IMG/VR virus record: IMGVR_UViG_3300034420_000030 | Coordinates: 1 to 60,062 of that record | Direction: 5' to 3' (one strand) | Source: a virus | Lineage: Duplodnaviria > Caudoviricetes | Length of the DNA stretch: 60,062 bases | Shown: one piece after another, positions 8,579 to 16,800 of the stretch | How positions within the stretch are numbered: the stretch's first letter is position 1 | How the letters are laid out: the number at the start of each line of letters is the position of its first letter | Notes under the pieces: generated by a model | What the model was told of the DNA's origin: nothing | Database searches by the model: none | Seen by the model: the letters and a program-made list of their open reading frames with translations, nothing else | Translations under genes and position numbers: made by a program

Positions 8579-8718
8579 GTCTGCCTCTAAAAAGTGCCCT
8601 GGCTATTGGTTTATAGCCGCCAGCCAGGGCGAGTTTCCCACTTAGCCGTCAGACGCTTGCCGATGGGGATGCGCCTCGTAGGGGAGGAGTGAGGCAGCTA
8701 GCTTGCGTCTGACAAGAA

Positions 8719-8855
8719 CGGTTCTATCCGCATTTCGCGGAAGCCGCAAGCACTATTTTACGCTTTTTGCGGAAATTCAGACAAGATCCCTACATGTTGC
8801 GGATTTGCCACCGCTAGGCTATTGACGCCTTGCGCATTTCGCGTATGATGCGCGC
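8719..8855. promoter_or_regulatory. Divergent promoters with three 15-bp operators
   Basis: Rightward TTGACG-N-TATGAT; leftward TTGCGG-N17-TAGAAC; operators TCCGCATTTCGCGGA (8727), TACGCTTTTTGCGGA (8759), TGCGCATTTCGCGTA (8831). Confidence 0.8.
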
Positions 8856-9062
8856 ATGTCAAGCATTCGAGATCTCATCACAGAGCTAGGCGGCGTTTCA
8901 GAAGTCGCCAGACGTATCAATTCAAAGCCATCAACCGTGCATTCATGGATCGTCAGGGACAGCATACCGATCAATAATTGGTACAAACTTGAACGGTTAT
9001 GCGGTGTCGAATGGAACCGATTGAGCGCAATAAGAAAGCAAAGCGCAATCAGCACAAGGTAG
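8856..9062 (+). CDS. Cro-like HTH regulator, leaderless
   Basis: LITELGGVSEVARRI...STVHSW...IP; ATG 6 nt after the -10 box. Confidence 0.85.
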   Translation: MSSIRDLITELGGVSEVARRINSKPSTVHSWIVRDSIPINNWYKLERLCGVEWNRLSAIRKQSAISTR

Positions 9063-9069
9063 CAGCAGA

Positions 9070-9291
9070 ATGAGAAAATCCATACAAGAACTCGCTGAAG
9101 ATCTGGCGAAGGCCAAGACCCAAATGGCGCAAATGGGTATGATGAACACGCCAACTGATCTTTTCCTCAAGATCAAAAGCGATGCGCGTTATCAGCTTGC
9201 TGTAAATGGCTACATGAAAGCATCGCAGGATTACAGCCAAGCCATCAAAAATCTAAGCTCGGAAGAGCTGCTGAAGCTGTCCGTCGCCTAA
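9070..9291 (+). CDS. Hypothetical protein
   Basis: ORF following cro. Confidence 0.6.
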   Translation: MRKSIQELAEDLAKAKTQMAQMGMMNTPTDLFLKIKSDARYQLAVNGYMKASQDYSQAIKNLSSEELLKLSVA

Positions 9292-9372
9292 ATCTCCCTG
9301 TCGGAAGGGTTAGTAAGAGTAGCGTGCGTTGCGGCGTTGCGTACAGCGTCCCCGCTTGCATGGATGGATAAA

Positions 9373-9957
9373 ATGGGCTGGACTGAGGAAAGAATTGAGA
9401 GACTGAAAACCCTCTGGGCACGCGGCGAGAGCGCTACGTTCATCGCCGAGACATTTGGCGACGTAACGCGCAATGGGGTTATCGGCAAGGTGCATCGCTT
9501 AGGCTTGCCATACCGCAAGACGCAGGTTCGCACACGCTGCAGTCAAGTCGCATGGGCAAGGCCACTTGAACTCGTTCGCTCCGCCAAATGGAAGAGCGAT
9601 CGTGCAAAAGCCACGGCCGACATTAAGCCAAAGCAAGCGAATAAGCCGGGTCCAGCGCCAACGCCACAAGTCTCGCGTTCCACAGAAACGCCAGCCATAG
9701 AGAAGCTTAAAGCCATGGCTTCGATCATGCGCGAGACGGATAAGCCAACAGGACGCCTCGGTTTGCTTGACTTGGAACCACATCACTGCCGGTGGCCGAT
9801 CGGCATGCCTGAGGACGAAGATTTTCATTTCTGCGGCGAGCGAAAGATGCGTGGCATCTCCTATTGCGAAGCGCATGCGCTGATCGCTTTCCAGCCGGCG
9901 CCGCGCCGTAAGCCTAGAACTGATCCTATTCCAATGCCGAAAGGAATAGCGGCGTGA
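9373..9957 (+). CDS. gcrA: GcrA cell-cycle regulator homolog
   Basis: WTEERIERLKTLW..G.SA..IA...G.VTRNGVIGKVHRLGL and LLDL...CRWPIG.P....FHFCG......YC..H. Confidence 0.93.
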   Translation: MGWTEERIERLKTLWARGESATFIAETFGDVTRNGVIGKVHRLGLPYRKTQVRTRCSQVAWARPLELVRSAKWKSDRAKATADIKPKQANKPGPAPTPQVSRSTETPAIEKLKAMASIMRETDKPTGRLGLLDLEPHHCRWPIGMPEDEDFHFCGERKMRGISYCEAHALIAFQPAPRRKPRTDPIPMPKGIAA

Positions 9958-10238
9958 AACACGCAGCAAACTTCAAAGATATCACCGGCCAGACATTCGG
10001 ATGGCTTAAGGTTATGGCGTTTGCTGGCGTGACCAACCGAGGCTTCGCGCTTTGGAAATGTAGGTGCGGATGCGGCCGAGAGATCACTGCCAATGGTAAG
10101 CATTTGCGGCGCGGGGTAGTAAAAAGCTGCGGCTGCAAAAGGGCTCTGAAATACCAAAAGCTCGTTTCACGTCGAATGCATGGCCGCCAATCTTACTCAT
10201 ATGGATCAATCGAGGATTTGGACGACATCCCATGGTAA
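9954..10238 (+). CDS. N-terminal Zn-binding half of HNH/AP2-type endonuclease
   Basis: DITGQTFGWLKV...WKCRCGCG...LRRG..KSCGC; no nuclease domain. Confidence 0.75.
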   Translation: MKHAANFKDITGQTFGWLKVMAFAGVTNRGFALWKCRCGCGREITANGKHLRRGVVKSCGCKRALKYQKLVSRRMHGRQSYSYGSIEDLDDIPW

Positions 10239-10420
10239 AACAACTCCGTCTTTCCAATCCCTCCTCTTATTACGAAACTTGGCGCGATCAGCCTGTTAAA
10301 CTGATCCAAAGGTTACAGGGAGATGATGGCGAATATGTGGATGTGCAGCTAATCGGCGACAAGGACAAGGGCTTACGCCTAAGAGTAAGCGCTTCGGCGA
10401 TAGGGGAGCAGAAATCATGA
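10232..10420 (+). CDS. Hypothetical protein
   Basis: Coupled ORF. Confidence 0.55.
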   Translation: MVKQLRLSNPSSYYETWRDQPVKLIQRLQGDDGEYVDVQLIGDKDKGLRLRVSASAIGEQKS

Positions 10421-10530
10421 CGCGAAAACGTGGCCGTCCCTATGTCGGTATGACCGGTCAGCGCTTTGGCCGTTGGCTGGTAGTGTCAAAAGCTGCAAGC
10501 GCCAATTACAGAACAGCAGCAGGAGCCTGA
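10417..10530 (+). pseudogene. Truncated HNH N-terminal fragment ending in GCCTGACAC
   Basis: MTRKRGRPYVGMTGQRFGRWLVVSK...; stop is the TGA of GCCTGACAC (10525-10533). Confidence 0.6.
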
Positions 10531-10536
10531 CACAAA

Positions 10537-10773
10537 ATGCGACCAGAAGAACTTGCAAAGAAATGCGTAGACGCAATAAATTTCTGGAAAGACAATCCAG
10601 ACCAAGCCATCATTACGATTGTCCTGCAGAAAGGCTGGAAGGCGCCTCCGAAATTCCCACGCCGAACCCTGCTTTGTGAGAATTCAAAAACCGAGCGTGT
10701 CTATAGCGTGTCGGCCATGAATGTTCTTGCGTGGTTGGCGGCGAACGGCTTTGTGAAAGTAGCCAAAAAATGA
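10537..10773 (+). CDS. Hypothetical protein
   Basis: Starts right after GCCTGACAC; AGGAG upstream. Confidence 0.6.
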   Translation: MRPEELAKKCVDAINFWKDNPDQAIITIVLQKGWKAPPKFPRRTLLCENSKTERVYSVSAMNVLAWLAANGFVKVAKK

Positions 10774-10952
10774 TCCCGATCAAACTCAAAGCTTCTGATT
10801 TAAAGCTCTCTCAACGTGGCGACGGTAAAACCGTCTTAAGCATCGATCATAAAGCCAAGATGGCGAAAAAGCCGGTGTGCTCGCGCTTCGTTAACGCCAA
10901 GAAAATCCGCTACGGCAAGAGAGCTGCTAGCTCTGTCAATAGGCCGGTGTAA
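10770..10952 (+). CDS. Small basic protein
   Basis: ATGA-coupled (MIPIKLK...). Confidence 0.55.
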   Translation: MIPIKLKASDLKLSQRGDGKTVLSIDHKAKMAKKPVCSRFVNAKKIRYGKRAASSVNRPV

Positions 10953-11422
10953 TGCTTTATCTCGAAGTCGCTTGTAACGATCCAGATAATGGTATTTTCG
11001 CTGGTCGGGCATTCGGGCTCCAGATCGGAGAAGCCGAGTTCGAATCGACTGATTGGCGAAACGGCCATGCATTTGCCGAGCTGGATGGAGCCGTTCGACT
11101 GTCTGGCAAGATTTGGAAAATCTGCGGATCGAAAGAGTGGTTCGGTAATTGGTGCTGGAATCGATACGAGCTTTATGATCGCCAGAAGACAACGCGCTGG
11201 TATCTCGTCGATTTCGTGACGTGGTTGCGTAGTCGAAGGATTTTCAACTGCACGACAGCGCCGAGTGAATTCTTCGATTGGTTCAATGGCGATAAAAGTC
11301 TTGCGCCGAAAAATATCCATCGCCTTGTCTGCGACTTGGAGACGGAAAGAGGCTTGTCAAGCCTAAACTCGACAAGCCTTTGTGGCTTTCCTGCCATATC
11401 ATCGGGGCTCGAAGCCAAGTAA
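10952..11422 (+). CDS. Trp-rich hypothetical protein
   Basis: TAATG-coupled ORF. Confidence 0.65.
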   Translation: MLYLEVACNDPDNGIFAGRAFGLQIGEAEFESTDWRNGHAFAELDGAVRLSGKIWKICGSKEWFGNWCWNRYELYDRQKTTRWYLVDFVTWLRSRRIFNCTTAPSEFFDWFNGDKSLAPKNIHRLVCDLETERGLSSLNSTSLCGFPAISSGLEAK

Positions 11423-11456
11423 GATGCGCCTATCAACAACGAAAGGACTGTACATT

Positions 11457-12533
11457 ATGAAACGAATTTCGACAAGCGCCATTGCCCTAGCTGCGGCGTT
11501 TTTGGCTTCACCGGCTAGCGCGGCAGATATCGGACGTGGCGGCATGAAGGATGCGCCGGTCATTCAATATTCCGAAGAGCGTAATTCCAACCACTCTGGC
11601 TTCTATATCAAGGGCGATCTGGGTATCTCCAGCATTGACCGCGACGTCAGCCGCACCGTCAATCGCGGCATCGACCTTGACGTTAGCGATCCGGCTTATA
11701 CCGCATTGCTTGACGGCGCCGATGGAAGTGCTCCGGATGGCGTTGTCTCCGAGGCGGAAAAGGACGCTGCGTCTGCTCAGCTTGACACTGTCAAAATCCC
11801 CCACAGCTTCGGGGACGACAATCTTACAATTCCTCTGATCGGCGACAAGCTTAATTTTGGCGACAACGCAGACATCGATAGCTTTGTGTTCGGTGGCGAG
11901 GCCAGCTATCTGTATCAGATACCCAATAGCCGGTTTGGCTTTGAAATCGGCATTGGCGTTACGGCCTATAGTGATGCGGACAGCACTCACGGCTATGTCG
12001 GTGCAAACGGCAAATTCGTCAGCAGCACGGCTTTGGCTGATGCGGATTTCGGCGGCGGTCCCATCTGCACGGGCCTTGGCACTTGCGCGGGCGATACGTC
12101 ACCTTTTTCACAGTCCGGCATCATCAAGTTCGACCGCGATCTCGATATTGATCTGGTCGGGCGCTTTTATTACTTCGCCACGCCGAACCTAGCTCTCAAT
12201 GTGGGCGGCGGCCTGTCATGGGCGCGCGCAAACATCACGGCCGCAAATGTCGATGACACCGGCTTCGTCTCTGGTCTTGACACCAAGATCGACAAAGACG
12301 TTTCCTCGCTTGGCTACGTTCTGACGGCTGGTGCCACCTATTGGGCAACGGACCGCATCACTATCGGCGTTGCCTATGACTACAAGCACCACACCTTCGA
12401 CGCCAAAGGCTCGGCAACAGACAGCCTTGATCTTGGCGGCGGCGTGAGCCTTGAGGGCCATGCTAGTGACCGCATCGAGATCGAGGATGATGTCCACACC
12501 ATCAAGGCCCGCATCGGCATCAAGTTGAACTAA
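11457..12533 (+). CDS. Outer-membrane beta-barrel protein (Omp25/RopB-like, with large loop insertions)
   Basis: Signal peptide ...ASPASA|ADIGRGGMKDAP, SGFYIKGDLG first strand, alternating strands, C-terminal HTIKARIGIKLN; GAAAGGA RBS. Confidence 0.88.
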   Translation: MKRISTSAIALAAAFLASPASAADIGRGGMKDAPVIQYSEERNSNHSGFYIKGDLGISSIDRDVSRTVNRGIDLDVSDPAYTALLDGADGSAPDGVVSEAEKDAASAQLDTVKIPHSFGDDNLTIPLIGDKLNFGDNADIDSFVFGGEASYLYQIPNSRFGFEIGIGVTAYSDADSTHGYVGANGKFVSSTALADADFGGGPICTGLGTCAGDTSPFSQSGIIKFDRDLDIDLVGRFYYFATPNLALNVGGGLSWARANITAANVDDTGFVSGLDTKIDKDVSSLGYVLTAGATYWATDRITIGVAYDYKHHTFDAKGSATDSLDLGGGVSLEGHASDRIEIEDDVHTIKARIGIKLN

Positions 12534-12655
12534 TCCCATTGGACGGGCGTGGTGCCAGGCTGCGATTCCCTCCAGCCATTCCATTGCGCGCCCGTCTATA
12601 GCCCGGAGATTGACCTCATGCAGTCTCCGGGCGTCCCTTACAACGGAGAATACAT

Positions 12656-12871
12656 ATGAACTTAGAAGCAAAAGGCGCAATTGGTCAGGGGCAAGGTCTC
12701 CTCAACTATCCTGGCTATAGGCCTCCTACTCAAGAAGACGAAGCAAGAGCGCTTCGCTATCGTGCATTGGATATGGCGATTACTGCATCACACAGATCCG
12801 GCCTAACGCCTAACGCTGAGGATCTCGTCAAGAGCGCTAAAGCCTTCGAGACTTATCTGAAAGGCGAATAG
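12656..12871 (+). CDS. Conserved small phage protein
   Basis: LRYRALDMA...LVKSAKAFETYL. Confidence 0.7.
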   Translation: MNLEAKGAIGQGQGLLNYPGYRPPTQEDEARALRYRALDMAITASHRSGLTPNAEDLVKSAKAFETYLKGE

Positions 12872-12873
12872 CC

Positions 12874-13086
12874 ATGGCCTACAACATTCATGTTCAGATC
12901 AGCATCGAACGAACTGGGATCAATGAAAGCGACGAGCAAGTTGCCTCTCTCGACCGCTATTATGATCGTCAGTCTCTCGACAAGATCGCCGACTGCATTG
13001 CCCATTTCGGTAAATCTACGGTGGTTTTGCTAGAAGGCGCAGAGCTTGGCGTCGATGGCAACAATATCACTGACCGCGTTACCTGA
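12874..13086 (+). CDS. Hypothetical protein
   Basis: ORF in operon. Confidence 0.55.
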   Translation: MAYNIHVQISIERTGINESDEQVASLDRYYDRQSLDKIADCIAHFGKSTVVLLEGAELGVDGNNITDRVT

Positions 13087-13097
13087 CGGAGGAAGCC

Positions 13098-13325
13098 ATG
13101 AGTAAACCGGATATTCTTGATGCCCTTGACGATCTGCATATCCAGGCGACGAGGGAAAAATCACATCACTATGTCGGCAGCGTATGTCAAATGGCAGCGG
13201 CGGAAATCATCAACCTTCGCGCCGATAATGCAAAAATGAGGTTTGATCTTAGAAACCTTAAACGCCAGCTTGAAGAGCCGCATAGCGGCGATAATGAGGT
13301 AACTCCGAAGACAGAGGCGGCCTGA
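13098..13325 (+). CDS. Hypothetical protein whose C-terminus and stop derive from a repeat element
   Basis: GGAGG RBS; ends RQLEEPHSGDNEVTPKTEAA. Confidence 0.7.
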   Translation: MSKPDILDALDDLHIQATREKSHHYVGSVCQMAAAEIINLRADNAKMRFDLRNLKRQLEEPHSGDNEVTPKTEAA

Positions 13326-13328
13326 CAC
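13265..13328 (+). repeat. Dispersed structured element, full copy
   Basis: CCAGCTTGAAGA-GCCGC(ATA)GCGGC-GATAATG-N23-GCCTGACAC. Confidence 0.9.
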
Positions 13329-13421
13329 ATGTCACGATTTACGACAAACCAATGGATCTTACTTGGCGTCATCGGCGCTGTAGCGCTGGCGCTTCTGCTG
13401 ATCAATATGAAGGTGCTCTGA
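13329..13421 (+). CDS. 30-aa single-TM peptide (not in ORF track)
   Basis: MSRFTTNQWILLGVIGAVALALLLINMKVL; TGATG-coupled to next gene. Confidence 0.55.
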   Translation: MSRFTTNQWILLGVIGAVALALLLINMKVL

Positions 13422-13777
13422 TGAGAATTTTACACGGACATAAAGTCAATCCTGCCAATGACGTTCTTGAAGTCAAGGCGCTCGACGGCCCTGGTCCGGG
13501 TGGCGCAAGCCATGATTATCAAATCAAGCTTCCTGACGGAAGCGGCGTTCGCCTTGGCTTCCAGAATGGCCCGATCAATGAAGTTGGCGTCAACGGCATT
13601 ACCCATGAAGCGCTTCTAGCCATCCTAATTGACCGTATGGAAGGCTTTCAGTCCGGTCCATTCGCCAACGATTATAACGCAGCGGCGCTTTGCGATCTAC
13701 AATCAGCCCAGAAGCATTTGCTTGATCGCACGCGTGATCGCATGGCGCGCAATGTCGAAGGAACGATGAAGCCATAA
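13421..13777 (+). CDS. tad1: Tad1-like anti-defence nucleotide-signal sponge
   Basis: GPGGASHDY...FQNGP..EVGVNG...LL.I.IDR...FQSGPF...NA.AL...DR..RNVEGT matches the Tad1 pattern. Confidence 0.8.
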   Translation: MRILHGHKVNPANDVLEVKALDGPGPGGASHDYQIKLPDGSGVRLGFQNGPINEVGVNGITHEALLAILIDRMEGFQSGPFANDYNAAALCDLQSAQKHLLDRTRDRMARNVEGTMKP

Positions 13778-13868
13778 AGCAAAAGGCCGGAGCCGCCCGC
13801 CAGCGTCCCGACCTCAAAAGTCCCCGACTATAATGTATGCAAGATAACTTATCGGGGGTCATAAAGCA

Positions 13869-15485
13869 ATGCGATTTTTCAACCTGCTATGGGCGCTACC
13901 GGCGACGCTGGCTATTGGCGCCATCTGGTGTGTGTCGGCATACGCCAATTATTCGTTTGGCCTGTCTCTCGGCAGTGACCTGTTTGGCTATGCTTCGCTG
14001 GCCGTCGATGTGGCCAAGGCCGTCATTCTGTTTGGCGCTTTCGCGGCCATCGCGCACCGGCATTATCTGGCGTCTGCGACGCTGATGGCCATATGGGTGT
14101 GCTGCTCACTCTGGGGCATTGCCAGCGCCATCGGCTTTGTCTCAACGCATTACGCCACCATGACCGACAATCGTGGCAAGACTGCGGAAGAATGGACGCA
14201 GCTTGAAAGCCAGATCGCCAGTTTGAAGGAGCGCCGCAAATCTGTGTCGGCGGCCCGGCCAGAAGGCGTCGTGCAATCCGAGATCGATGGCTTGATGCGC
14301 GAAGTCGAGAGCTGCGCCGTGATCAATGGTCCGGTGACGCGCTCGCTTTGCCCGAAAGTCGATAGGCTGAAAGCCGAGCTGGCAAACGCCAAATCAGCCT
14401 CTTGGCTTGACGGCAGGCTTGACGAGCTGCGTAAGGAGATGAAGATAACCGCGCATGTGTCCTCCGTCGATCCGCGCGCTGATGCCCTGGCCGGTATTCT
14501 CGGCTTGGCGTCGCCGATGCTGGCTAAAGGCCTGGCTGGATTCTTCGCCCTGATGATGGAGTTGATCACCGCGACTGGCCTATGGGCCGTCTGGAAGGCG
14601 TTTGGGGCCACTATACAGGCTAAGCGGGCCAGTGGGCCGGAGGCTTTAGATTTTACGGCGTCCGCGGCCGCCGAATTCGCGGCCAGCGTTGGAAATAAAG
14701 AGCGGCCGGTAAAGTTTCGCGGCCGCTCGGCCGGGGAAATAGAAATTCCGGTTGTGACGCGCCCGGACGTGACCACGGGACCAAACGAAAAGCTTACGGC
14801 TATGTACGGGCGCTATCGTGCGGTCGAAGACGCAAAAGCCAACGCGAAGCTTGAGCGTCTTGGCGAAGATGTGCGAGCAGCCGTTGCGGCGCTGAGTAAG
14901 CCAGCGTCAGATCCAACTGTCAAACCGGATTTGACAGTTGCGCCATCCGATAAACCATTTTCGCGGGATCACGAAAATGGTGTTTTAAAACCACCATTTT
15001 ACGCACCTCCGGAAAATGGTCCTGACCCCGATGGCGGCAAATCCGCGCCAGTGCCGCAAGAGCCAACGGAAGCCAAACCGGAAAACGTTGTCACGCTTGA
15101 CGGAGAACCCTATACGCCAACGCGGGCCGAGCGGCGCAAGGGAAAGAAAGCTCGTAAAGCCAAGGCGCATCGTTTGGCGAAGTCGGTACAGGATTGGATC
15201 GAGATGGCGACAGCTCCATCGCAAGACGTCGGCAGCGTGCGTTTGGCGTCAAAGACCCAGTGCTATCCGCACTATCTTAAATTCATGAAAGCCATAGGCC
15301 AAGAACACATTCCGCCACGGCACTTTACGACAGAGCTTAAGGATATCTTCGGCATCGACGAGCGCCAGCATACTGGCGGCAAGGGCGGCACATGGATCTA
15401 TGATCTAATCCTGCTTCCACAAGAGAAATGGGCGCTTCCCGCCAAGGCCGGCCGGTGGCCGGAGAAAAGACGAGCGGTCGCATGA
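13869..15485 (+). CDS. Multi-TM, coiled-coil protein with Pro-rich linker and possible C-terminal DNA-binding domain
   Basis: 3-4 N-terminal TMs, coiled coil with Cys pair, further TM, low-complexity linker. Confidence 0.8.
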   Translation: MRFFNLLWALPATLAIGAIWCVSAYANYSFGLSLGSDLFGYASLAVDVAKAVILFGAFAAIAHRHYLASATLMAIWVCCSLWGIASAIGFVSTHYATMTDNRGKTAEEWTQLESQIASLKERRKSVSAARPEGVVQSEIDGLMREVESCAVINGPVTRSLCPKVDRLKAELANAKSASWLDGRLDELRKEMKITAHVSSVDPRADALAGILGLASPMLAKGLAGFFALMMELITATGLWAVWKAFGATIQAKRASGPEALDFTASAAAEFAASVGNKERPVKFRGRSAGEIEIPVVTRPDVTTGPNEKLTAMYGRYRAVEDAKANAKLERLGEDVRAAVAALSKPASDPTVKPDLTVAPSDKPFSRDHENGVLKPPFYAPPENGPDPDGGKSAPVPQEPTEAKPENVVTLDGEPYTPTRAERRKGKKARKAKAHRLAKSVQDWIEMATAPSQDVGSVRLASKTQCYPHYLKFMKAIGQEHIPPRHFTTELKDIFGIDERQHTGGKGGTWIYDLILLPQEKWALPAKAGRWPEKRRAVA

Positions 15486-15634
15486 CCCCCGCCGAGATCC
15501 AAGAACGGATAGATGACATCAAGCAGCAAGTCTATGATGGTCTGTTGCGTCCACCGGAAGGCCGTCGCAAGATCGTCGAGCTAAAGTGGATATTGCGGAG
15601 CTTGCTTGAAGAGCAGCGAAGCCGCGATGAGTGA
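15482..15634 (+). CDS. Small hypothetical protein ending in an element half-site
   Basis: MTPAEIQERI...LLEEQRSRDE. Confidence 0.55.
   Translation: MTPAEIQERIDDIKQQVYDGLLRPPEGRRKIVELKWILRSLLEEQRSRDE
15604..15630 (+). repeat. Dispersed element, 5' half only
   Basis: GCTTGAAGA-GCAGC(GAA)GCCGC-GATGA; supplies the ATG of the next gene. Confidence 0.75.
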
Positions 15635-15827
15635 TCCGGTTGAAATTCGAGATCTCACGCATGCTATGGAGATCATGACCAAGCTTGATGAGAAAATCAT
15701 TGAGCTTCGTAATGAGCTTAAGGTGTTTACGAAGTTTCGGCGTGATATTCAGTTTACAATTCGTCAAATGCGTCGAATTGAAGAGCGAAGCGATGATGAG
15801 GCGGCTCCGAAGTCTGGGTCTGCCTGA
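15627..15827 (+). CDS. Small coiled-coil protein bracketed by elements
   Basis: MSDPVEIRDL...IEERSDDEAAPKSGSA. Confidence 0.65.
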   Translation: MSDPVEIRDLTHAMEIMTKLDEKIIELRNELKVFTKFRRDIQFTIRQMRRIEERSDDEAAPKSGSA

Positions 15828-15830
15828 CAC
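15778..15830 (+). repeat. Dispersed structured element, full copy
   Basis: TTGAAGA-GC(GAA)GC-GATGATG-N23-GCCTGACAC. Confidence 0.9.
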
Positions 15831-15847
15831 ACAAAAAGGAAAATCAC

Positions 15848-16117
15848 ATGACCGAAGTCCATCCAAACCATGTTCATCCGCGCAGCAAGCGTACGTCGAA
15901 GGCGGAGCCATATCGAGCGTTATTCAAGCCATTGGTGCCAGTTAAGGCCGGAAAAAGCCAGCGCCGCAAAGCCGAAACCTATCGTGGCGCACGTCGCAAG
16001 GCAGAGCGAGGACCTCGCAAAAGCCTCCAGCTCTTGGCTATACGGACAGTTTTGGGAATTTCCCGTCAAGAACATGATCGCCGACGTGAAGAGGCGCGGA
16101 AATTGCTTTTGGCCTGA
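15848..16117 (+). CDS. Very basic small protein; stop lies within GCCTGACAC (16112-16120)
   Basis: AAAGGA RBS; R/K-rich. Confidence 0.65.
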   Translation: MTEVHPNHVHPRSKRTSKAEPYRALFKPLVPVKAGKSQRRKAETYRGARRKAERGPRKSLQLLAIRTVLGISRQEHDRRREEARKLLLA

Positions 16118-16174
16118 CACAAAAATAGACGGCCGGTGTTCGTTGCTATGTTCCCGGCCGCCTAATGATCAGAA

Positions 16175-16518
16175 CTAGGATTTCGAGAGTTTTGTTTTCA
16201 GGAGATAGCCTTCCAAAGCCCAGATTTTGTTGCGGGCGTTGTCTTTGGCGATCTTGCGGCCGATTTCTTCGTCGTAGTTCTTGGGCTAGCACATGCGCTT
16301 TCGCCTGTCAGAATATAACCATTCTGGAGAACCAGGACACAAAGCGTGAGCACTTTCAGTGCCTCGGTCGCCGGCATTCCTTGCGCCTCAACGGCATTGT
16401 AGGCGTTGAAATAGTATTCAGCGCTGATCTGCTCATCGATATGCTGTGGAGTTAAACGCGGAGCCGTTTTGCCCTTGGCTTGGATTTCCGCTTCGATGGC
16501 TGCTTCGTCTCGTGACAT
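16175..16518 (-). pseudogene. Frameshifted Phage_gp49_66-family protein (Acb4-like sponge)
   Basis: APRLTP.HI...LTLCVLVLQNGY..TGESACASP, then NYDEEIGRKIA..NA.NKIWALEGYLLK in another frame from ~16283. Confidence 0.8.
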
Positions 16519-16709
16519 TGAGAGTTTCCTTGCGATTGTTGGTTCAACAATTCAACATTCGCAGGACTGGAACAGTTCATCGTGCAAACGCCATCGCAAC
16601 AATCGGTGCAATTTTGTCTGCCTTTGCCAAAATAATAAACGAACATTGCTCTTCTTCTGCGGGGATGTTGATGTAGCTATTTACACAGATTTGACTTGGA
16701 AATACAATA

Positions 16710-16752
16710 AGAAAGTGCCCCGGTTCGTTGCGCTTGGCTCGGGGCACTTTCT
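16710..16752. terminator. Hairpin, possible bidirectional terminator
   Basis: AGAAAGTGCCCCG...CGGGGCACTTTCT, 13-bp stem. Confidence 0.6.
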
Positions 16753-16800
16753 GTGATCAGAAACGCCAAACTGAGATATTAGAAACAGGAGACCATTCCC

